Source: Amoebidium appalachense
Taxonomy: Eukaryota > Protista > Ichthyosporea
NCBI GenBank assembly: GCA_963693365.1
Contig: CAVNZM010000008.1
Location: 8,994,818-9,058,817 of the forward strand
Direction: 5' to 3'
DNA: 64,000 nucleotides
Of the stretch, positions 50,152-62,751 are shown one piece after another. Made by a program: the position numbers and the translations under genes. Numbering within the stretch: position 1 is the first letter of the stretch; every line of letters starts with the position of its first letter. The notes beneath the pieces are model-generated. The model was not told the DNA's origin. It made no database searches and was given only the letters and a program-made list of their open reading frames with translations.

Positions 50152-50630
50152 AAAAAAGAAACGAAAAAAAAATACAAAAAACATACACCTACCCTGACAC
50201 AGCACATTTCTCGCACGACAATACGCTCTTGTAACCATGTTCCCCCCCCCCCCCCCCCCCCCCTTCCCCCCCACTCTCGTTTCATACCACAACCACACAT
50301 CAAAAGAGTGCAAAAAAAAGAAGAAGGGAGAAAAATGGGGGTGAAATACCCTCCCCCCTCCCCCCTCCCCCCCCCCCCCCCCCCATCCCACCACCCACCC
50401 ATACACACACACACGCACATACAGGACGAATCGTACACTAGAACCACCCCCACCCCCCCTCCCCCCCTTCCCCCCCAACTCCCCACCCACTCACCTATCC
50501 ACCCAAACTCACCATATTACCTTGTGCAAGACCCCTGCCCACACAAACACATCCAAACATAGTGAATATTAAGTCTCTTCCTACCTTATATTTGTATCTG
50601 TCCTTCCTTCTGGACCTTAAAAACGGGAGG

Positions 50631-50669
<39 letters not shown>

Positions 50670-51418
50670 AGGGGGGGGGGGGGCGGGGGGCGGAGACGGG
50701 CGGAGTGAGTGTGGGGGGAGGGTGTGTGTGTGTGTGTGGGGAGGAAGGGGGGGGGGGGGGGGAGTAGTGTAAGAGGGGTGGTAGTGGTGGTAATCGGGGT
50801 GGATATATCCCGAGGTGAAATTCTAACACATCACCACACCATTTGCACAGGCAAAATGTGAGTTTCTCAACCCCGGAGGCAGCATGAAAGACAGAACAGC
50901 CCTTCAGATCGTGATTGAGGCAGAGAACGAGGGTTTGCTGAAACCTGGAGACACGATTTACGAAGGTTGGCAGTTGACCCCCCCTCCTCCCCCCCCTCCC
51001 CCCTCCCCCCCCCCCCCCCCCCCCTCCCCACCCCACCCCACCCACCACCACCACCCTCGCTCCTCCCCCTCGGCCCCCCTAAACCCCTCCTTTCTGTCCT
51101 CCCCCGGGTTCTCCCCCCTCCCCCTCTCCGCCCCCCGGGCGCAGTCCCTTCCCCCCTCCCCCCCCCTCCCCAAACAATGCAAAAATCTAGCCAGCCACCC
51201 ATTTCTTCTCCCCTTTCTTGCCGACTCTTTCTCCTAATATCCTGGGCATCTCCCTCCCTTCTTCCCCCCCCCCCCCCCCCCCCCCCGTCCCCCCCTCCCC
51301 CCCTTTTCCCGGGTTCTGTAACTGAGAGAGCAGGTTTTGCTCGTTCACGATTCTTTTGTTGACGATTAACAAGCGGCAACATAAGCCTGTGTCCCAATTG
51401 CTACATTCTAAATGAATG

Positions 51419-51467
<49 letters not shown>

Positions 51468-52423
51468 CAATAGATCGCCAGCGCACGCCTACCCTTACAC
51501 ACATTCGGAGAGGTTAACAGATTACGGAATCGGTACTCCCACACGTGAAGGGAAGGATGGGGAAAGAAGGGGGACAGCTAAGGAACGAGGAGGTAGACCA
51601 AAGAGAAAACAAGGAAAACAAGGAATGGTCCGAAGTAATTGGCACGCACACACCTTGTGTGCGCACCCACACTCTCTCCTGGCCAGTTGCACATACATGC
51701 TCATCGTTCTCTTTTACCCCCCCCCCCCCCCCCCCCCCCTCCCCCCCCCCTTATTATATGTGTGCGTTGTGCTCTATAACACCATCTCCGTTATGCATGT
51801 GCACGTCGTGCTCTTATAACACAGTCTAACCTACTCCTCCCTTCCCTCCTTCCCATCCCAAACAACAACAATAAAAAAAACAAAAAAAAAACGTTGTAGG
51901 CACGGCCGGCAGTACTGGTGTCAGCCTAGCGATGATTGCACGAGCCAGGGGCTACCGCTGTGTCATATTCATGCCGGACGATCAAGCTTTAGAGAAGGTG
52001 GGGGGCCCTATCTGTCTCTCTCCCTCCCCCCTTATTTTCTTTTCTCTTCTTTCAGTACCTTTTAGCCGAATGCTCTCCCGCACTCCCCCCCCCCCCCCCC
52101 CCCCCCCTTCACGATGCTGCTGAAACCGTTTCGGGCAAAGTGGTAAGCAGGTTTGTTACCGATTTTGGTAGCCCTTAACCTGTGGATGCTCAGTTGTCCG
52201 TGTCTCTCGAGGTATTTCGGCTGAATATTCTGTGGTATGTTTCTGCTTTTGGGTAAGACAGGTCCCGGATTGATTTGCCGGTTGGCTATTTGCTTTGGTT
52301 TTTTCCCCCTCTAGGCGTTGTTAATTCTCCAAGCGTTCTCTGTACAACATAATTATTCTTAGGACTCACTGTGACACACAGCGATTCCCTTACTTGTTTG
52401 GTAGGGGAACTGGTTCTTGGTGT

Positions 52424-52501
<78 letters not shown>

Positions 52502-52527
52502 TGGTGGTGGGTGGGGGGGGGGGGGGG

Positions 52528-52595
<68 letters not shown>

Positions 52596-53094
52596 TGGTG
52601 GTGGTTGGCGGGGGGGGGGGGGGGGGGGTGGTGGGGGGGAGGGGAGGAGGAGGGGGGGGGGTGGTGGTGGTGGTGGAGGGGGGAGGAGGAGGAGGGGGGG
52701 GGGGGGGGGACTTGTTACGAATTAAAGAAAGAAAACAAAAAGTCTGCTATCCATGGGACTTTTGCACATTTTGTGGCCGCTTCCTTCAGCCAATAAGAAA
52801 ACACTAAAATCATAACCCATGAACAGGTGGAGCTTCTACGCACATTCGGTGCCGGCGTGCAACAAGTCAGACCGGTGTCCATAGTCAACCGCAGCCATTT
52901 TGTCAACTTGGCAAAATCTGCCGCAGAAGCTCACGAGGCAAAGGTGTGTGTGTGTGTTTGTTTACGTTTTGAGAGTTTGTTCCCGTTACCCTTGTAGTCT
53001 TTGTTTTCCCTCTTTGACCCTGACGACGTCCCCCCCCCCCTTCCGACACCCACACCCACCACCCCCTTCCGACACCTACACCCACCACCACCAC

Positions 53095-53145
<51 letters not shown>

Positions 53146-54061
53146 ACACACACACGCACGCACACACACACAGACACACACAAGCACACACAAGCACACA
53201 TACCCGTGCTCCCACCCCTACTGTTACACATACATGCATTCTGTGACATGTGTTTCTTTGCAAATAATGCCCTTGTTTTGTCCGTCGTGATTGTTGACCT
53301 TGTACTCTTGAGGCATTGGAATTCCCCACAGGTAGGAAATTTTTTTTTATTTCAGTGCCCCCAAGTTCCTCTCGTCTTATCTTTCTTTCCTGAGGCATCA
53401 CATCTATACCGGTACCCGTTCCTTCTTTCACATTTTTATTATGTGGTTTGAACTAACGGTTTTTGTATCGGGAGTTTGGTCTAGTGGTATGATTCTCGTT
53501 TAGGGTACGAGAGGTCCCGGGTTCAATTCCCGGAACTCCCCCGCTGTTATTTTTTTTCTCCCTTCCCCTTCCTTTTATTGTTGTTTGCACAAGAGGAGGC
53601 CCTCATTTCCCTAGTGTGTTGCACAGTCAACCCTTTGAATAATCGTTCTTTTTCCAGTCTTCTTTTTTCCTGGTTGCCTCCCCCCCCCCCCCCCCCCCCA
53701 AAACACCATCACCATCGCCATGACCACCACCACCATCTCCTCCAAACGTTCGAACTTGGAAGGCGTTAATGGTGCCGTGTATGCTCAGACTTGTTGGATT
53801 GTGTGGACGTGTTTTTTGGTCGGGCGCAGCGTAGCCCAAGGGAGTTTGGTCTAGTGGTATGATTCTCGTTTAGGGTACGAGAGGTCCCGGGTTCAATTCC
53901 CGGAACTCCCCGGTAGCATTTTTGCTCTACTTTGCATCGTCCTTTTTGGCCCTCTTCGTTTTTCTTTGTAATCTTCCTTTTTCTTCTCGTTTTATTCCCC
54001 ATTTTTTGTGTGTTTGTGTGCGTGTGCGTGTGTGTGTTTTGTGTATGTGTGTGTGTGTACG

Positions 54062-54121
<60 letters not shown>

Positions 54122-54342
54122 GAAGCTTGTTGAATCGTGTGGTCTTGTAGTTTGCTGTAGCCAAAAGTGGCCCAAGGGAGTTTGGTCTAGTGGTATGATT
54201 CTCGTTTTGGGTACGAGAGGTCCCGGGTTCAATTCCCGGAACTCCCCAATTGTGATTTGGCCGATTTTGCATCGTAATTTTTGACCTTCGTTCTTCCTTC
54301 ATCTATCCTTCTTTTTTTTCCTTCTCTTTTTTCTTCCCTTTT

Positions 54343-54382
<40 letters not shown>

Positions 54383-54468
54383 GCGTGTTTGTGTGTGTGG
54401 TGTGTGGTGTGTGTGTAAAATGTTTTGTGTGTGTGTGTTTTCGTGTAGTGGGCACACCCGGTGACAGG

Positions 54469-54530
<62 letters not shown>

Positions 54531-54748
54531 TGTGTGTATAAACTTATTGAACCGCCTGAAAGTGTAATTTGCGGTGGCCGAGAGGGCACCAAGGGAGTTT
54601 GGTCTAGTGGTATGATTCTCGTTTAGGGTACGAGAGGTCCCGGGTTCAATTCCCGGAACTCCCCGGTTACCTTTTGCTCTATTCATCGATCCTTGTTGAC
54701 CTTCGTTCTTCCTTCTTTTTTTCATTCTCTTTTTTCTTCCCTTTTTAT

Positions 54749-54782
<34 letters not shown>

Positions 54783-54785
54783 CGC

Positions 54786-54835
<50 letters not shown>

Positions 54836-55344
54836 AAACTTATTGAATCGCGTGGTCTTGTAATTTGCGGTGGCTGAATGGGGCCTAAGGGAGTTTGGTC
54901 TAGTGGTATGATTCTCGTTTAGGGTACGAGAGGTCCCGGGTACAATTCCCGGAACTCCCCGATTGCCTTTTGTTCTATTTTGCATCGTCCTTTGTGCCCT
55001 TCATCGTTCTTTCATATTTTATCCTTCCTTTTTTCCTTCTTGTTTTTCTTTTCTTGTTGATGTGTGTGTGTGTGTGTGTGTCCGCGTGTGAGTGTGTGCG
55101 TGTGCGTGTTGACGCGCGTGCGCGCGCGCGCGCGCGTGTGTGTGTCTTTGTGTTATGCGTCTGTGTGCCTGCGTCTCTAGTTTGGGGAGGGGGACGGGAG
55201 GGAAGGAGGGGGAGGGGGAGGGGGAGGGGGTAACGTTGGCATGTGCAGCTTCTTCTCTGACATCTCCGGTTTTGAGTGTTTCGGCTTTGCTTTTCTGTGA
55301 TTGTGCTTGTGTGTGCCCACCTAAACCTGCATGTGTGTACTTTA

Positions 55345-55402
<58 letters not shown>

Positions 55403-56980
55403 TGTTTTGAATGTGTGCACATTGATGTGCTATCTTTGTATCTGTACGATTGCAGGTGCTTGCAAATGTATGTTTTTTGCCAAAGGATCGGGGAGGAGGC
55501 AGAGAGGGGAAGGGGGGTCTACTGCTTGCTTTTTTGGTCGAGTTAGCAGGTCTGACTGTGGGGCATTCCATTCCACCTTTCATCCCCCCCCCCCCCCCCC
55601 CCCCCGGCCCTTCCCTCCAACGCCCACCCACCAATTCACACTCCCACTGCCGGACACACATCATCCTAACGCTGTGTGTGTTTGTTTGGGGGGTTCTTTG
55701 CACAGGCTGTAGGGGATCAGGCTGGCACCAGGGGGTTCTTTTCCAACCAGTTTGAAAATTGCGCCAACATGCGTGCACACTACCTGCACACAGGGCGTGA
55801 AATCTTGGACCAGACGGATGGGAAGGTGGATGCATTTGTATGTGCCGCAGGTACGTGCCCCCCGCCCCCCTCCCCCCTCCCCTCTAGCAACACTTGCCAC
55901 ATAAACATCCCCCATATCCCCCCCTCCCCCCCCCCCCCCCCCCCCCCCCCCTTTCTCCCCCCCACCGCGCCCCTCCCCCGCCCCCCCTCCTCCCCCCCCC
56001 CCTGGAGGATGGGCTCTACCTATGCTGCATACTGCGCGTGTTGCTTATATTACATACTTCAAAGTCTGCCTTTGCATTCATCATGTAGTTGTACTTCGTG
56101 CCGTGTTCCGCATTCTACCCCCCCCCCCCCCCCCCCCTCCTTTTCTTCCCCCCCACCTCTCTGGGTTTATAGATGGCTTCTCCCCCCCCCCCCCCCCCCC
56201 CCCCTCCCTGCCCCCCTCCTCTCCCTCCCCAGGGTCGCCCTCAAAGATGGGTTCTGTATAGGTTTGCACACTCTTGTGTGTTAGCTTTTGTGTATCTGCC
56301 ATATGCTATTTGGATCTGTATACTTTGTGCAGGGATTCACAATCATTGCCACCTCCCCCCCCCCCCCCACGCACCCCCTCCCCCACCCCACCACCCCCTC
56401 CCCCTCCTTCATTCCCTTTCACTGATTTTTTTTTTTTTCCCAGGGACTGGTGGGACGATAGCCGGGGTGGCCAAGTGCCTTAAAGAGCACATTCCTTCGT
56501 GCAAAGTCTATCTTATAGACCCCCCTGGTTCAAGTCTCTACAATAAGGTATCCCCCCCCCCCCCCCGCGCTCCTGTTACTTTTCTTGCTCTCCAAATGCA
56601 GCCCCCCCCCCCCCCCCTTCTCCCCCTCTTTCTTTCCCTCCACCACCCCTTCACACACGTGCACATGCATGCATGCACACACTCCCTTCCTCCCCCTCCT
56701 CTTCCCCCCCCCCCCCCCCCCCCCCCTCCCCCCCCCTTTCCCCCCCCCTTCCCCACCGGGGAGTCCGCACACCCATAGATTTTACTCCCCACCACTTCCA
56801 ACCCACTCAACATCCCCCACATCCGGGAGCCCTGCCCCTTTGTTCACCTCCTATCTCCGTGATTCGATCCCTACCCCCTCCCCCCCCCCCCCCCCCCCTT
56901 TCCCTTTCTTCGTTATCCCCTTATTTCTCACATAAAAATCGGGCTGATTGGCACACAAGCACATAAACACACATACACCA

Positions 56981-57050
<70 letters not shown>

Positions 57051-57202
57051 TCACTCAAACACATACACACAAGCCTACACACCTCCACACACACACACAA
57101 ATACACACACACTCTCTCTCCCAAGGTCTCTCTCTCTCTCTCCCACTAACTCACACACTCCCATACGGACACACACGAGCGGCACCCACACACACACATG
57201 GA

Positions 57203-57233
<31 letters not shown>

Positions 57234-57248
57234 TCACTCACTCACTCA

Positions 57249-57327
<79 letters not shown>

Positions 57328-57689
57328 AATGCACGGTGTGCTGTACACTTCTGAAGAGGCAGAGGGGCGCCGACTCCGCAACCCCTTCGACACCATCACG
57401 GAGGGAATAGGCATTAATCGCCTGACCAATAACTTTAAGGTTTGTTTCCAATTTATGGTTTTTTTAAACTCATCCGCACCCATATTTGTACATATGTAGA
57501 TACACATAGGTGTGTGTATAAGCTGACCCGCACCTACACACAAACACACACACATGCACATGCATTCGCGCATGCGCAACACACAGGCACACACACATAT
57601 TCACACATATAGACAAATGGGCACATACACGTGCTACATATCAAAAAGCCTTACACGTACACACTCCACCTTCACGCACGTAGGCGCAT

Positions 57690-57724
<35 letters not shown>

Positions 57725-57735
57725 CACACACACAC

Positions 57736-57781
<46 letters not shown>

Positions 57782-58437
57782 GCACGCACACACAAGCACG
57801 CGCACGCACAAGCACACGCTTACATTTGCATATCATTCTCCACCTCTTCCCCTCCATAATCATGGGCAATTTTCCTTATTTTAGTTGATTCGTACCAGAT
57901 TCAACTTCTCTTTATGTGATTGTCACCAGATCGATGCTGCGTACCGGCAAATGATTGGTGCAGAGACCTAATAAAGTATGTTGGATATTCGTGCAGATAA
58001 TCTGACACTTGTCTTTAACATTGTGCTTTGATCTGCCACCTTATCCCTAATAATGTGCAGAGATCTAACACGTTATCTTTAACATTTGCGCAGGAAGCAG
58101 CCATTGATAAAGCCTTTAAGGGCACCGACCAAGAAGCAGTAGAAATGGGTCACTACCTGCTCAGAAACGAAGGCAATACATCCCCCCCCCCCCCCCCCCC
58201 CCCCCCATCTCTTCCCCATCCTCCACCCCCTCCCTCCCTTCCTGTCTTCCTCCCTCCTTCCATCCCCTTCTTGTTCCTTTCTCACCTGGGAATCTCGCCC
58301 ACTTGCCTTCTTCCTCTCTTGCTCTCTCTGTTCTCCCTCTCTTCTGCTTTCTCTCTTTCTCTTTCTCTCCCCCTCTCTCTCCCTCTCTTTCTCCCCCCCC
58401 CCCCCCCCCCCCCCCCTCCCCCCTTCTCCATCTCTCT

Positions 58438-58468
<31 letters not shown>

Positions 58469-58972
58469 GCTCTCCTCTCTCTCTCTTCCCCCCCTCCCCT
58501 CCTCCCCCCCCCCCCCCGGCCCCTCCTCTTCCCTCCCCCTTCTTGCCCTTACTCCCTTCCTCTTCCCCCCTCCCCCCTCCCCCCCCCCCCTCCACCCACC
58601 CACCCACCCAGCCCCGCCCCGTCCCTCTGTTTGTCTGTAGGCACTTTGCCCACGGCTGCTCACCGATCCACTCACCGAGGTGCCTGGTTTTAGCATAAGC
58701 GTGGTGTTTGCATTTTCTTTTGGTTTCAACAGAGTAGTTTTTCTTTTGCTGCTTGTTTCATCACTCTGCTTCTTCGACTTATTAAGGATGAGATCATGCC
58801 ACATATTTTGATTGGCCCATGTGTGGACAGCTGTTTTTCTTGGTGTTGATGTTGACGGGGTGGTGGTGGTTGTGGTGGCGATGGGGAGAGAAGGGGAGAG
58901 TGAGGAGTTTGGGGGGGGGGGGGGGGGGGGGGGGGAGGGGGGGGGGGGGGGGGACGGGTCGGAGACGGGGGT

Positions 58973-59014
<42 letters not shown>

Positions 59015-59057
59015 TGTGTGTCTGTGTCTGTGTCTGTGTCTGTGTGTTTGGTGGTGG

Positions 59058-59104
<47 letters not shown>

Positions 59105-59806
59105 GGGGGAGGGGGGGGGAGAGGGAGCGTCGGAGGAACATGTAGAATTGTCCAAAGGTGCCCTTTTCTCAAGCACTAGTGCAAGTATTTACAAGTAAGG
59201 GCATACTGCAATGTAAATGGCTGCTGATCACGTGCTGTACTCGCAGGTCTGTTTGTTGGCAGCTCGAGTGCAATGAATTGTGTCGGAGCCGTCAAGGTGG
59301 CCAGGGAGTTGGGTAATGCCCCTCCCTTCCCCCCCACAAAAAAAAAAAAAAAAAAAAAGGAAAGAAAAAAAAAAAAAAGAAAGAAAAGAAAAGAAAAGAA
59401 AAACGACCCACAAATCCACACGCGCGTGCACCCACCCACACACACACACATACACACGCACGCCCGTGCGCATACACACACACTCAGGCAGACACACAAG
59501 ACACACACAACATTCCAGTTGGGTTCCACATGCAAGGTGAATGGGTCGAAACCTGTTGTTGACTGGCACCCCTTCCCTTCCACACACACACACACATACA
59601 CACACACGCTCACACACACACAAGCACACAAACACCACTACACACACGCGCATCCCCCCCCCCCCCCCCCCCCCTCCTCCCCTTCCTCCCCACCCAACCA
59701 CACTCACTCACACACTCGCACTCCCCTTACACCTCCCCCCTCCTCCCCCCCCCCCCCCCTTCACACACACACACACACCAAACACCTCCCCCCCCCCCCC
59801 CCCCCC

Positions 59807-59837
<31 letters not shown>

Positions 59838-59977
59838 TAGGGCCCGGACACACCATAGTAACTGTCCTCTGCGACGGTGGGCAGAGGCACATGTCCAAGT
59901 TCTTCAACAAAGACTACTTGCAACGTTACGGCCTGCTGCCTGCACACACGGGATCGGACCTATCGTTTGTGAAATAA
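48760..59977 (+). CDS. Cysteine synthase-like PLP enzyme (fold type II; fungal Cys12/Mcy1-like) with N-terminal hydrophobic anchor; 11 exons
   Basis: Exons 48760-48845, 49270-49375, 50851-50965, 51900-51997, 52827-52943, 55706-55850, 56444-56547, 57326-57439, 58094-58172, 59247-59312, 59841-59977. Motifs [21 protein letters not shown] (PLP Lys), [46 protein letters not shown]. Intron 9 is GC-AG. Confidence 0.93.
52218..52289 (+). pseudogene. Decayed tRNA-Pro(TGG) pseudogene in intron 4 of the cysteine synthase-like gene
   Basis: 52232-52281 aligns ungapped at 41/50 with the core of the tRNA-Pro(TGG) at 54176. Anticodon stem and B box are disrupted. Confidence 0.7.
53470..53541 (+). tRNA. tRNA-Pro(AGG) copy 1, intronic
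   Basis: GGGAGTT TGGTCTAGTGGTATGATT CTCGT TT AGG GT ACGAG AGGTC CCGGG TTCAATT CCCGG AACTCCC C; T-run downstream. Confidence 0.97.
53840..53911 (+). tRNA. tRNA-Pro(AGG) copy 2, intronic
   Basis: Identical to copy 1. Confidence 0.97.
54176..54247 (+). tRNA. tRNA-Pro(TGG), intronic
   Basis: Identical to copies 1, 2 and 4 except the wobble base (CTCGT TT TGG GT ACGAG). Confidence 0.96.
54593..54664 (+). tRNA. tRNA-Pro(AGG) copy 4, intronic
   Basis: Identical to copy 1. Confidence 0.97.
54889..54960 (+). tRNA. tRNA-Pro(AGG) copy 5 with T-loop variant (possibly impaired)
   Basis: As copy 1, but the T-loop reads TACAATT instead of TTCAATT (B-box change). Confidence 0.85.
56001..56117 (+). repeat. 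Copy of the ~120-bp intronic repeat family
   Basis: cctggaggatgggctct.cctatg..gcatactg.gcg...cttcgtgccgtgttccgcattc matches the reverse complement of 32521-32640. Confidence 0.85.
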
Positions 59978-61148
59978 CAATCACAGTCTCGTGAATCATT
60001 TTTCTTCATTTATGTTTTATTTTTAAAATGAATGAATATGAATGTGATTGAGGGTTGTCTGATTTGCATGCACTAACATTAGCTCACTGCTTTGGGCCTA
60101 GCGCAAATACAAATACAAATCTCATTAAGTTTTTTGAGATTTGAGATTTGTTATTTATGAATGTGGCGAGCGATGGCTCGATGGGGATATGGCTTGCTGC
60201 CCGTGCATGCGGGATCTTGGCCAATCGGTTGTGATTTTACGATCGAATTTTTATGAGCTTTGAATCTTACCACATGCATTTGGTTGATGGGTTCTGTTTG
60301 GCTGGTTGTCACAAGGACTGAAATCGCGCTGTATTTCGGTCATTGAAAATGTACTGCTAATAGAAGAAATTCGATTTTTAGTAATTAGCTGAACTTAAAA
60401 CCCCGTAAGTTCGCATTTGATGGGGCTTTAGAACTGGTGTTAATATATCTCGTGCAGCACGGGATAGTGATTGCTGCATTTCAGTTCGTATGTACCATGA
60501 TTTATATGGTCTATGACCGGGTTCGATTGAGCATGAATGATATACATTGCATTGCAATTTTTATCATAACCTATTCCTGGTGATGGGGAGTGAAACCACC
60601 CTGCTAAAGTCTTCGCAACTTAATACCTGCAATTCTTACATGTGCCGTATATCGTCCATCACCCCCCCCCCCCCCCCCCCCCCCCCTCCATCCTCCACCC
60701 TCCACCACCACCAAAAAAAAAAAAGAAGAAGAAGAAAAAAAAAAAAAAACACCACCACCACCACCGTTTCACTTAATTACGAGTAACTCTGCTCGTCTCT
60801 GATCAAATTGAAGACGGGTGACCCACCCAGTTCAAATGACGTTGTTGTCTTATGATATTTGAGGCTATTGGAAAAGGAGGATCCAAATGTCACAGCTGTC
60901 ATGATCTGAGGTGCAGTATTCTAAATGTTAATTAGTAAGTTGTCCCCTCCCCAGGCCCAGGGGATGGGTTCTGCTTTAGTTGCATGGGTACTGCGTGCGA
61001 TGCTGGTATTGCGCATGCATTGTCTGAATCAGATGTTTGCTTGTACATGTGTCGTACTCGATTTCTGTATTTCTCATGGCTATATATATAGTGCAGCTTC
61101 AAATATATTCAACGTTCCATGTTCCGTTGAACCCCCCTCCCCAAAATC

Positions 61149-61183
<35 letters not shown>

Positions 61184-61907
61184 ACACACACACACAGTCT
61201 GAATGAATTGGCAAGTATCAAGGGGATGACAACTTGAAGTGATTCATGGGGTACATTTTTCTCCTCGTGTGTATATGCCATGCGGTGTCATTTATAAGTG
61301 CGTGGTTATGGACATATAATGCTGTGGTTTTCTGTGAGTGTGCCATCCCATACGTGTTGACAACATTGCATTGGAGGAACTCAAGCGTAATGTTGAGTTA
61401 CATGCTTATTGTAGCTTATATGCATTGGATTTCACGCATTCTTTCTTGTGTGTGTGTGGCACAGCGAGTACATGCGTGATATGTCCGCGTGCGTGTGTGT
61501 ACGGTGTGTAGTATGTGACTGTGTGTGCGTGTATGCATGAGTGCATGTGTGCAGCAGTTTTCAGGCGTGTGCTCAGTAACCAGATGCATGTGTGTTTGTG
61601 TTTGTGTGTGTTCACGTGTGTATGTCCGTGTACTGACAGTGTACCTACACTTGAACTTGCTGTGAACATTTGCAGTACGGACGAGTGTGATCACGCAGGC
61701 ACCATTCATGGCATGTTGCGCTGACACGCAAGACACATGCACATGCAACCAGGCCACAAACGATAATAGCTTGCATGCGCGTGGGTGTGCGCGACACAAA
61801 CAAAAACATACACACACACACACACACTTTTCACCCTCTGCTTAAAGTTTCCTAATTTTATAAGTCCGTCCAACTGTTACACAAAAACGCACCTGTATCG
61901 CACTGTG

Positions 61908-61995
61908 CACACACACACACACACGGACACAGACTAACGATACATCACACATAACACACACACACACACGGACACAGACTAACGATACATCACAC

Positions 61996-62005
<10 letters not shown>
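61908..62005. repeat. 46-bp-period tandem duplication inside a (CA)n tract
   Basis: cacacggacacagactaacgatacatcacacataacacac occurs twice. Confidence 0.85.
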
Positions 62006-62069
<64 letters not shown>

Positions 62070-62534
62070 GAGAGAGAGAGAGAGAAATACACCCCATACC
62101 CATGCTACTTCCCAACCCCAAGACACTTTCTCAACAGACCATATATTTTTGGAAATTTGCATTCACCATGTTTTCACGATTCAGAAAACAGCCGGCAGAA
62201 TCGCGGCAAACTTTGAAAAACATACGTGCATAAATTCTATGTCATGGTTACACCCAAGGTTTATAATCCGCGCTGAATAATATTTTGTAATACATGCCCG
62301 CGGTTTCTTACGTGTTAATTACATGACATGAAATTATTTAATGCCTTAATATACTCTTGCAAGAAAATACTCTTATTATAAGACTACATTCCAGGAAGAA
62401 GGGGGAGGGGGGGGCGGTAGGAGGAGGAGAAGGAAGGAACTTCGAACCGTCGCTTTCCGGGCTAGGTAATATTTCGCCAGACCAAAGGGCTTGACGTTGT
62501 TGTATTGTGTGAGTGTATCACGGTGTGTTAGTAT

Positions 62535-62576
<42 letters not shown>

Positions 62577-62751
62577 TGCGCGCACACGTACGTGTGCCTG
62601 TGCGTGTGAGTGTGTGAGTGTGTGTGAGTGTGTGTGTGTGCTCTCGCGCATGAGTGTGCGCATGTAGGTGAGCACATCGACAATTTGTGAATGAGACTAT
62701 GATATCAAGGTTCTACCATATATGCGACATTGCTAAAATTCACCGCTATGG

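Noticed and set aside
58641-58679. 39-nt in-frame cassette exon in the GC-AG intron
   Set aside because: It would interrupt the conserved EGLFVGSS motif, and the donor is weak.
60500-60540. B-box-like gggttcgatt as a tRNA
   Set aside because: No cloverleaf or A box around it.
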